64,000 bases of DNA from an uncultured bacterium (GTDB taxonomy: Bacteria; Patescibacteriota; Saccharimonadia; Saccharimonadales; Saccharimonadaceae), in NCBI GenBank assembly GCA_903952435.1, contig CAJBFN010000009.1:92-64091 (forward strand), written 5' to 3'. This document shows positions 18,781-26,352 of this stretch, piece after piece; positions within the stretch are counted from its first letter, which is position 1; each line of letters opens with the position of its first letter. The notes under the pieces were generated by a model. It ran no database searches. It had not been told where the DNA came from and saw nothing but the letters and a program-made list of their open reading frames with translations. A program made the translations under genes and the position numbers.

Positions 18781-19800
18781 ATGACTAAAAAGTCAGATTT
18801 ACTAGATACAGCAAAAACATTAGGTCTTGAATTGACCGATAAAAACACAATCGCAGAGATTGAAGAATCTATTAAATGCGCCCAAAATCCAGTAATGGAA
18901 GCGCCCGAATCAGAAATTGCAGTAGCCGAAGATGTTGCTCCAGCGGAAATAAAACTAGCCAAGGCAGGCAAAAAAAGCGCTAAAGCTATCGCCGAAGCCG
19001 AAGCTAAAGCTAAGAAAGAAGCTCGCAAAGAGAAGCACGATACAACCCCTCAGTCCGAAGATACTGAATCACACAGCAAAAAAGGCCCAAAGCCAGTTAC
19101 TCGTCCATTAATTGAACGACGCGGCAAAAATTATCGCAAAGCAGCTGAACTAATTGACAAGTCAAAAACTTATTCACTAGCCGAAGCCATGGAAATAGCC
19201 GTAAAAACTAACCCAAGCAAATTTGACGCTAGCGTTGAACTTCACATAAAATTAGGTGTTGACCCTCGCCAAGCCGACCAAAACATTCGCGCAACCGTAT
19301 CTTTGCCAAACGGAACAGGTAAAAATGTTCGTGTAGCTGTATTTGCGCCCGAAACAGAACACGCCGCAGCAACAAAAGCTGGCGCCGACGTAGTTGGCGA
19401 TGACACTTTCTTGCAGCAACTTGATAAAGGCACAATTGATTTTGATATTCTAATCGCAACTCCGCAATATATGCCAAAACTTGGTAAATATGCCCGTTTA
19501 CTTGGACCAAAAGGCTTAATGCCAAACCCAAAGAGCGGAACTGTAGCAGTTAATGTCGCCAAGGCTGTAACTGAAGCCAAGGCCGGCAAGGTTGAATACC
19601 GCGTCGATAAACAATCAATTGTTCATTTAAGCATTGGCAAGGTATCTTTTGGTGCAAACAAACTAGAACAAAATGCAATTGCATTCTTCGATAGCCTAAA
19701 AGCTCACAAACCAACCAGCCTAAAAGGTCAATTTGTTAAATCAATATCGACCAGCACAACCATGGGACCAAGCGCAAAAATCGAAAATAACATCAATTAA
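18781..19800 (+). CDS. rplA: 50S ribosomal protein L1 with a ~112-aa N-terminal extension
   Basis: Canonical L1 core from about residue 113 (KTYSLAEAMEIA...DPRQADQNIRATVSLPNGTGK..VAVF). No in-frame start nearer the core. Confidence 0.9.
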   Translation: MTKKSDLLDTAKTLGLELTDKNTIAEIEESIKCAQNPVMEAPESEIAVAEDVAPAEIKLAKAGKKSAKAIAEAEAKAKKEARKEKHDTTPQSEDTESHSKKGPKPVTRPLIERRGKNYRKAAELIDKSKTYSLAEAMEIAVKTNPSKFDASVELHIKLGVDPRQADQNIRATVSLPNGTGKNVRVAVFAPETEHAAATKAGADVVGDDTFLQQLDKGTIDFDILIATPQYMPKLGKYARLLGPKGLMPNPKSGTVAVNVAKAVTEAKAGKVEYRVDKQSIVHLSIGKVSFGANKLEQNAIAFFDSLKAHKPTSLKGQFVKSISTSTTMGPSAKIENNIN

Positions 19801-19875
19801 TTTTTGATTCTAAAAAAATAAAAATAGCCACTAAAAATGGCTATTTTTGTTATAATGTTAATATTAGGAGAGAAT

Positions 19876-20595
19876 ATGGGAGTTTATAGTAATACCGAAA
19901 TTAGACAAGCGATTAAAGATGGCGTTATTATTTCAGTACCCCATAAAGATTCTCATATATCCGAAGCTAGTTTAGATTTCACACTTGGATACTACTATTA
20001 CAAACAAGAATATGATGAGAGCACCAACCTTTACAACCCATTTGATCAAAAAGATGTATCACGATATTTTAAAGGACCATTTAAGGCAACGTCTCACAAA
20101 GAATGGTGTGATAAAAATAACAAGGAGCTATTTGCTAATATACCCGAAGACCATCCAATCATAGTCCTAGGACCAGGCGAAAGGATTTTAGCTCACACCC
20201 ATGAGTTTATCGGCATTCGTTCAATCGGCGGAGCATGTGAAGTTAAATCTCGTAGCAGCTGGGGTCGCAATGGCGTTTCAATTTGTTTTGACGCAGGCTG
20301 GATTGATCCTGGCTATATAAATCGCATAACATTAGAAATATTCAATTTAAATCAACACGAATCTGTACTACTACCTGTTGGCGAAAGAGTAGGCCAGATG
20401 ATATTTCACCACACCGGGCCAGTCGAAGGGGACTATAGCGATGGACGAAACGGAATGAGTGGCAAATATCAGCACACATCTGATCTTAATGAGCTAATCC
20501 GCACCTGGTCACCAGATCAGATGTTACCACGAGCATACAAAGACAAGCGGACAATTCCAGAAAAAATTAAGGGGCTGGGAGAGGGCATAAAATAG
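19876..20595 (+). CDS. dcd: dCTP deaminase / dUTPase-superfamily protein
   Basis: LGPGERILAHT.E...KSRSSWGRNG...DPGY.NRITLEIFN...G.RVGQMIF parallels E. coli Dcd. AGGAG before the ATG at 19876 (ORF begins at 19837). Confidence 0.8.
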   Translation: MGVYSNTEIRQAIKDGVIISVPHKDSHISEASLDFTLGYYYYKQEYDESTNLYNPFDQKDVSRYFKGPFKATSHKEWCDKNNKELFANIPEDHPIIVLGPGERILAHTHEFIGIRSIGGACEVKSRSSWGRNGVSICFDAGWIDPGYINRITLEIFNLNQHESVLLPVGERVGQMIFHHTGPVEGDYSDGRNGMSGKYQHTSDLNELIRTWSPDQMLPRAYKDKRTIPEKIKGLGEGIK

Positions 20596-20596
20596 A

Positions 20597-21283
20597 GTGA
20601 TTGAAACAATTAAATTCATAGCCATAGAGGGTGGCGATGGATCAGGCAAGGGGACTCAAGCTGAACTACTAAGAAAACATTACGTCGAAACACTAGGCAA
20701 ACACGTCTTAAAGATAAGTTTTCCGCAATACGATAAGGGATCGGCATATTTTGTTAAGAAATATCTAAACGGTGAATATGGCACATCAGCTGATGATGTG
20801 TCCCCAAGGTTGGCAAGTTTATTTTATGCGTTAGACCGTTTTGATGCAAAACCAGAAATTATCTCACACATTAATGATCCCAATGGGATAATCATCGCCG
20901 ATCGATATGTCGCATCAAACATGGCACATCAAGGTACTAAATATGACAATCCAATAGATCGACGATCGTACTACGATTGGGAAATGGATACCGAATTTGG
21001 AATATGCGGAATACCACGACCAGATAAGAACATCGTTCTGCTAGTGCCAACATCACTAGCACAACAGAATGTAGACAAAAAAGACACTCGCTCATATACC
21101 GATCAAAAGCGAGATATACATGAAGCCGACGCGTCGCACTTAGACCGTGCAAAGGCTAATTATGAGGAAATTTGCCAGTTATATCCAGATAAATTTTCAC
21201 CGATTAACTGCGTTGATGATAGCCTTAAAATGCGAAGAATCGAAGATATTCAACAAGAAATTAGAGCCATCTTGGGCGTATAA
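20597..21283 (+). CDS. tmk: thymidylate kinase
   Basis: IAIEGGDGSGKGTQ P-loop, DRY motif; GTG start. Confidence 0.9.
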   Translation: MIETIKFIAIEGGDGSGKGTQAELLRKHYVETLGKHVLKISFPQYDKGSAYFVKKYLNGEYGTSADDVSPRLASLFYALDRFDAKPEIISHINDPNGIIIADRYVASNMAHQGTKYDNPIDRRSYYDWEMDTEFGICGIPRPDKNIVLLVPTSLAQQNVDKKDTRSYTDQKRDIHEADASHLDRAKANYEEICQLYPDKFSPINCVDDSLKMRRIEDIQQEIRAILGV

Positions 21284-21297
21284 TTGTTTACAATTTA

Positions 21298-21325
21298 AAA
21301 GCGTCCTTTTTTTAAAGGACGCTTT
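21298..21325. terminator. bidirectional intrinsic terminator between tmk and thyX
   Basis: AAAGCGTCCTTT-TTTT-AAAGGACGCTTT. Confidence 0.8.
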
Positions 21326-21371
21326 ATTAGTTATAAAACGGAGCGATGCTCGACATTCGATAATCTTTAGA

Positions 21372-22532
21372 CTAAATCAGCCTTTCGAGCTGATTTTTGC
21401 CCCATTTGCAAGGATTGGTACATTTGTAACCGGAGGCACATCTGGCTCCGTGATCGTATAACTTTATTTCGGAAAAAACGGCCAAATCAGACATACTGGT
21501 TTCGCCTATGAAGTTTTGCAAAGTATTGTATGTCTGCATAGATATTTCCAGCTGAGCGCCTGAGCAAAGTCTCTCCTTAGTCTTCAGGATAAATTTTTCG
21601 TAAGTTCCTCTCTCTCTGATTGAGATAAGCATACCTTGCGGAAAAAACTCGACAACTGATTCAATATCGCCCAACCAAAGGTCCATTAATTCAACGCTGT
21701 CAGCGATAATAGGCGGAATGAAAAACTTTGGATCGACATCTGGCACCACCATCTTATAATCGAGCGTTCTGTGCCTGTGCGCTTGCGCCAGTTGAGCAAA
21801 ACTACCCAAATAAGTCGTACAATAGGTTTCGCCAAAGTGCTCCTGTCTACTCTGGCGACGATCAAACAAAGATAATTCGCCGCCCTTTGCCTCATCGTTT
21901 AAGCCCTCAACTTCCAAGAATTTCATATTTTCAACAAATTCCTCCATATAAGGTTTTAATTTATTAAAGAACACATTTGAAGTCTCTTCGGCGATAAACT
22001 TTCTAAACCAATAGACGATTTTGCTCCACTGCCCAAACGTAGCAGTATATTCCATACTTGTAGGCGTGAAAACGCTAATTAGATATCTGGCGTTTTCTTG
22101 AGCAAGTTTTTTGACTTTTGTCTCGTCAGTGTCCGGATATTTCTGTAATATTAAATCTTGAAATATCTGAATCCATTTTTCGTACAAAACCCTTTCTTGC
22201 TCACTTGGCTTCATCTTTGTGTAGCGCGCTGATTTTTCTGAAGTCGCATAGGCTTTTTCATTGTTTAAAATCATTGCCAAAATCTTTGGTATTCCTTCGA
22301 ACATTACACTGTAGCTACAATGATCAAAAACCGAATGATGCTTATTGGCAATATTCGACTCAGCCCTCTCCGCAGTCTTGTCTGTAGGTTCGCTCTTTAA
22401 TGCATCGTAATCATCTGGCATGTAACAAGTGCCGGCAGATCTACCACCCGAAAACTTTGCGTCATCCCTAACTAGTTCATAGCCTGGATGAGTTGATTGC
22501 GTGACAGTAACCTTGAAACTCAATTGAAACAC
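21372..22532 (-). CDS. thyX: ThyX-family (FAD-dependent thymidylate synthase) protein, long two-half form
   Basis: First half HHSVFDH...SEKSARY (RHR replaced); second half AHRHRT...AQLEI. GTG start after GGGAG. Confidence 0.6.
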   Translation of the reverse strand: MFQLSFKVTVTQSTHPGYELVRDDAKFSGGRSAGTCYMPDDYDALKSEPTDKTAERAESNIANKHHSVFDHCSYSVMFEGIPKILAMILNNEKAYATSEKSARYTKMKPSEQERVLYEKWIQIFQDLILQKYPDTDETKVKKLAQENARYLISVFTPTSMEYTATFGQWSKIVYWFRKFIAEETSNVFFNKLKPYMEEFVENMKFLEVEGLNDEAKGGELSLFDRRQSRQEHFGETYCTTYLGSFAQLAQAHRHRTLDYKMVVPDVDPKFFIPPIIADSVELMDLWLGDIESVVEFFPQGMLISIRERGTYEKFILKTKERLCSGAQLEISMQTYNTLQNFIGETSMSDLAVFSEIKLYDHGARCASGYKCTNPCKWGKNQLERLI

Positions 22533-22659
22533 TCCCTTTTCTATAATTTTTTTTAAAACACTTTACATCTATCCTTGCAAAATAGAATATAACTGTTAAA
22601 AGTTATAGCAGTAAATTGCCAATAAGTCTAATAATTAACATCGTAACAATGTAATATTA

Positions 22660-22689
22660 TTGACAACAGAGTATGTTATTTGCTATACT
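22660..22689 (+). promoter_or_regulatory. sigma70-type promoter for rplJL
   Basis: TTGACA-18 nt-TATACT. Confidence 0.6.
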
Positions 22690-22695
22690 CATCCC

Positions 22696-22874
22696 AGACA
22701 TCACCAAAGACAGTAGCCGTAGAAATACTTAATTTGCTACCTAGGATCATGTAAAACATACATTTTTCGATATAGTCTTTGGCAGTGCGAGGTCCAAAGA
22801 CTTTTTCTTTTGTCCTTGCAACCGTCTAGTACGCTTAACAATTTGGTCGAATAATAACCACAGAAAGGATTTTT
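22696..22874 (+). promoter_or_regulatory. rplJ (L10) leader with terminator/antiterminator arrangement
   Basis: Hairpin AGTCTTTGG...CCAAAGACT plus T-run (22774-22811). An upstream CCAAAGAC copy (22704-22711) can compete for the 5' arm. Confidence 0.55.
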
Positions 22875-23402
22875 ATGGCAATATCACGCGATAAAAAGAA
22901 CACTTTGGTTACAGAATTAGCTGAATTATTTGCAAACGCCAAAGGAACCGCAGGCGCAGCCTACGCAGGCCTTAGCGTTGCTAATCTACAAGAACTACGC
23001 GCTATAGCTCGTGCAAACGACGTTACAATCAAAGTCGCTAAAAATCGGCTTGTACGTGTTGCACTTGCTAGTAACGATAAATTTAAAGCTGCCGATACCA
23101 GTTTACTAACAGGACAATTAGTCTATGCTTTTTCTAGCACTGACGAAGTTGCTCCATCTCAAGTATTAGCTAAATTCGCTAAAAGCCACCCAGAATTAAA
23201 ACTGACGGTTGGTTTTGACGATTCAGGTAAAACACTTGATACCGCAACTGTTATCGCACTCGCCTCACTACCAACCAAGGATCAACTCCGCGGCCAACTA
23301 GTCAGCGTCCTAGCAGCCCCACTTTCCAGATTCTTGACTGTCGCCAACGGCGCACAGCGAGGATTTGCGCAAGTATTATCTCAGCGCGCTAAGTCACTTT
23401 AA
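22875..23402 (+). CDS. rplJ: 50S ribosomal protein L10
   Basis: Sequence pattern and synteny with rplL. Confidence 0.95.
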   Translation: MAISRDKKNTLVTELAELFANAKGTAGAAYAGLSVANLQELRAIARANDVTIKVAKNRLVRVALASNDKFKAADTSLLTGQLVYAFSSTDEVAPSQVLAKFAKSHPELKLTVGFDDSGKTLDTATVIALASLPTKDQLRGQLVSVLAAPLSRFLTVANGAQRGFAQVLSQRAKSL

Positions 23403-23449
23403 TACTAATTTTGTAATCACTAATTAATAAATAATAGGAGAAAATAATC

Positions 23450-23851
23450 ATGGCTGACACAGAAATCAAGCTATCTGCCACTCAAGGCAAAATCGTTGAC
23501 GAGCTCAACAAATTAAGCGCTTTGGAATTAAGCCAAATCGTAAAACACCTAGAAAACGAGTGGGGCGTAAGCGCTGCTGCTCCTGCTGCAACTGTTGCTG
23601 TTGCTGCTTCTAGTGAAGCTGCGCCTGCTGAAGACGCAAAATCAGAATTCACAATCAAACTAGCTGATGCTGGTGCTCAAAAAGTTGCTGTTATCAAAGC
23701 TATCAAAGAAATCACAGGCCTAGGCTTGGGTGAATCAAAAGCTATCGTTGATAACGCACCTTCAGTTGTAAAAGAAAAAGCCAATAAAGAAGAAGCTGAA
23801 GCTGCAAAGAAAATGCTTGAAGAAGCTGGCGCAACCGTAGAATTAGCTTAG
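23450..23851 (+). CDS. rplL: 50S ribosomal protein L7/L12
   Basis: Ala-rich hinge; C-terminal KVAVIKAIKEITGLGLGESKAIVD. Confidence 0.95.
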   Translation: MADTEIKLSATQGKIVDELNKLSALELSQIVKHLENEWGVSAAAPAATVAVAASSEAAPAEDAKSEFTIKLADAGAQKVAVIKAIKEITGLGLGESKAIVDNAPSVVKEKANKEEAEAAKKMLEEAGATVELA

Positions 23852-23898
23852 TTTTAATAATTCAACAACCAAATTCGACCATTTTGCAAAAACCTAAA

Positions 23899-23927
23899 AT
23901 AACCGCCTACAAAAGGGCGGTTATTTT
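23899..23927 (+). terminator. intrinsic terminator after rplL
   Basis: ATAACCGCC-8 nt-GGCGGTTAT plus T-run. Confidence 0.8.
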
Positions 23928-23988
23928 AGTTAAATAAAATATACAACGTTTTCAGCTTTATATCATAAATATTTGTGGAAAAGTGCCA

Positions 23989-24017
23989 TTGACATACCTA
24001 AATTTTTATCCTATGAT
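23989..24017 (+). promoter_or_regulatory. sigma70-type promoter, cassette 1
   Basis: TTGACA-17 nt-TATGAT. Confidence 0.6.
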
Positions 24018-24063
24018 TATCAAATCCACCGATTTTTAAATTTATTTCATATCTGGCGGAAGG

Positions 24064-24099
24064 ACTATTTAAAAATCAGATTATTACAGTGCATATCTT
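24064..24099 (+). repeat. conserved leader block, copy 1 (ACTATTTAAAAATCAGATTATTACAGTGCATATCTT)
   Basis: Near-identical block at 24855-24892, at the same distance from a promoter. Confidence 0.7.
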
Positions 24100-24218
24100 G
24101 GCAACCCATATCTAGATACTAACGAAAGTAGCACGCTAACTAATTTATAGATAAATTACTTGACGCGCTACTTTCGAAAAAGCGAGAGTAAGTATTTATT
24201 AGAAGGAGTGGCAAAAAT

Positions 24219-24548
24219 ATGTCCAATTCTAACAATAACCCTAGCGAAACAAATCTTGAGATTCTAAGCGTCGAACTCGAAATTAAGATCACAGGAAAGA
24301 CCTATCTAACAAAGCAGGACGTCGGTCCTATGGTCAAGGCGTTAATGACAGCCTACAACCATAAAATAAGCAATAATGTTAAGCCTGATAGGGCAAGAGC
24401 AGAGGTTCTTCTGGCTTGCGAGAAGGAAGCAAAAGAGCTTAATGATACAAGAAAGAGAGCCGTAAGGGGAGGTAGAATATTTATTACTACTGCCTTTATC
24501 ACAGTAACAATCTTGGCTGTTACTGGCTTTGCTATTGGCACAATCTAA
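24219..24548 (+). CDS. hypothetical tail-anchored membrane protein
   Basis: 109-aa ORF; AAGGAGTGG SD; C-terminal TM. Confidence 0.55.
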   Translation: MSNSNNNPSETNLEILSVELEIKITGKTYLTKQDVGPMVKALMTAYNHKISNNVKPDRARAEVLLACEKEAKELNDTRKRAVRGGRIFITTAFITVTILAVTGFAIGTI

Positions 24549-24781
24549 GATATTAAGTTGAATTGCGAGAAAGTTGATCTCCCGTACATCCAGTACGGTT
24601 GAGTAAACTTTCTCGCATCAATTTCACACCAAGATACGCACTTTGTAATAACTTGATTTTGGCAGCCATACCTCGCATTAATCACTTACCCAGACACCCA
24701 TATCCCGCAATGTACGATTAAATCTTTCAATGTAAGCATTATAAATTTTAGATTAAATTTGCTAATTGCCATTATGAATTA

Positions 24782-24810
24782 TTGACATTAAGGTGATAAT
24801 GTGCTATTAT
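24782..24810 (+). promoter_or_regulatory. sigma70-type promoter, cassette 2
   Basis: TTGACA-17 nt-TATTAT. Confidence 0.6.
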
Positions 24811-24854
24811 TACAATATAAGCTATCTGACAAAGCTAAGTAGGATCGCTTACGA

Positions 24855-24892
24855 ACTATTTTTAAAAATCAAATTATTACAGTGTATATCTT
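24855..24892 (+). repeat. conserved leader block, copy 2
   Basis: ACTATTTTTAAAAATCAAATTATTACAGTGTATATCTT; see 24064-24099. Confidence 0.7.
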
Positions 24893-25010
24893 CCTATTTT
24901 TTTATGCCCAAAATCAGAAAACAGCATAATAGCTAACCATTACAAAATGTTTATCTATTATGCTGTTTTCTGCAAATGAAAGCAGACTAAAAAAGGAGTG
25001 GTGATAAATA

Positions 25011-25334
25011 ATGAGCAAAAATACAGCCAAAGATGATCAACCTATAGCATGCGCATTAGTAGATTTATCAAACGATTACCCTTCCATATGCAGCCAAAAA
25101 ATAAAATCATACGTGACAACTAAGTATGATGAGCTTGTTGAAGCCGGACACCCGCAAGATGATGCCTGCAAAATGGCAATAAAATCATGGCGCAGATATG
25201 CCAGAGAAAAAGAACGCAAGCAAAGGCTTGCCTCAAAGCTCCTAAGGACTACATTAATATTGGCATCTTTTGTCGTAATAGGATGGGGTTTTGTGTTCGT
25301 AGCAACTAAGCTATACATAATAGCTATAAGCTGA
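25011..25334 (+). CDS. hypothetical tail-anchored membrane protein
   Basis: 107-aa ORF; AAGGAGTGG SD; C-terminal TM. Confidence 0.55.
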   Translation: MSKNTAKDDQPIACALVDLSNDYPSICSQKIKSYVTTKYDELVEAGHPQDDACKMAIKSWRRYAREKERKQRLASKLLRTTLILASFVVIGWGFVFVATKLYIIAIS

Positions 25335-25516
25335 TAATCAACCAGAGAGAACCAGTTCCTGCACAACTTGCAGTTGAACTGGTTCTCTCGCAGCAACCAC
25401 GACAAAGATATACACATTGCAATAAATTGATTTTAATAGTTGACAATATCACAATTCGTTGATATATATAAGGTAATATCACTACAAAAATAGACAAAAG
25501 GAAATTGCGAGTTACC

Positions 25517-26035
25517 ATGTCTGAGTTACCAGAAAAACAAGTAAAAAGATTACACAGCCTAATTCAAGAAGCTGAAACCAACTTGGCTGCAGCTAAAGAG
25601 TTATTAATTAGCATAATCGGCGATAATGGATCAGTTATCACACCAAAATCAAACACTATGGACGAGGCCCGCGGCAAGGTTATTGAAGGTGTGTTTGACG
25701 GTCAAAAAATGGCCGGACCTGACGGCAAAGAATACCCAGTACCAGCTAATTACGCTAGCAAATCAAAGCTTGTTGAGGGCGACATCTTGAAGCTAACAAT
25801 TACTGACGACGGCAGTTTCATCTATAAACAAATCCAACCAGCCGAACGAAAACAAATTATTGGCACACTGGCTCAACATGATGGCGCTTATTATGTTGAA
25901 GTTAATGGCCGCGAATACCGAATTTTACTAGCCAGCGTAACATATTTCCATATAGCAATTGGCGAACAAGTAACAATTATTGTTCCAGCCGACAACCCAG
26001 ATGCTACTTGGGCAGCTGTCGAAGCCGCCCTTTAA
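25517..26035 (+). CDS. hypothetical protein
   Basis: ATG at 25517 after AAAGGAAA (the ORF-track start at 25505 is TTG); promoter TTGACA-17-TATATA upstream; terminator downstream. Confidence 0.6.
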   Translation: MSELPEKQVKRLHSLIQEAETNLAAAKELLISIIGDNGSVITPKSNTMDEARGKVIEGVFDGQKMAGPDGKEYPVPANYASKSKLVEGDILKLTITDDGSFIYKQIQPAERKQIIGTLAQHDGAYYVEVNGREYRILLASVTYFHIAIGEQVTIIVPADNPDATWAAVEAAL

Positions 26036-26050
26036 ACAGATACAATCATA

Positions 26051-26077
26051 AAAAGTCCACAGATCGTGGACTTTTTT
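26051..26077 (+). terminator. intrinsic terminator
   Basis: AAAAGTCCAC-AGATC-GTGGACTTTT plus T-run. Confidence 0.8.
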
Positions 26078-26352
26078 GTTGCAAAAATAAACAAAAGCGC
26101 TATACTAAGAATTAGTTCAGAGGTGAAAACAAAAACAAATTTAAAATAAAACCCTCCACTGCTAAAGCTTTCTACTTCGCCAAGGCTTCGTAGAACTTAG
26201 TTGGAGGGCAAGGGGAGGTAGAAATATGGCAAAGCTTTATATTAGCTACGAGTCAGACAGTGTCTGTAAAATTAATGTGGTTACAAAAAAATCACAACAG
26301 TCAGCAACCGTAAATTAAAGTATACTAAGTATTGCAGTTATGGGGGTTAGTC

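Noticed and set aside
21147-21461. 104-aa plus-strand ORF spanning the tmk 3' end, the terminator and the thyX 3' end
   Set aside because: It overlaps two supported genes and crosses a bidirectional terminator, with no SD.
25076-25518. Two minus-strand ORFs (113 and 64 aa)
   Set aside because: They are antisense to cassette-2 features (CDS, 3' hairpin, promoter of the next gene) and have no SD.
26150-26210. SRP (4.5S/ffs) RNA, which often lies just upstream of dnaX
   Set aside because: The hairpin lacks the conserved domain IV features (GNAR tetraloop, GGAAGCAGC/AGCA symmetric loop).
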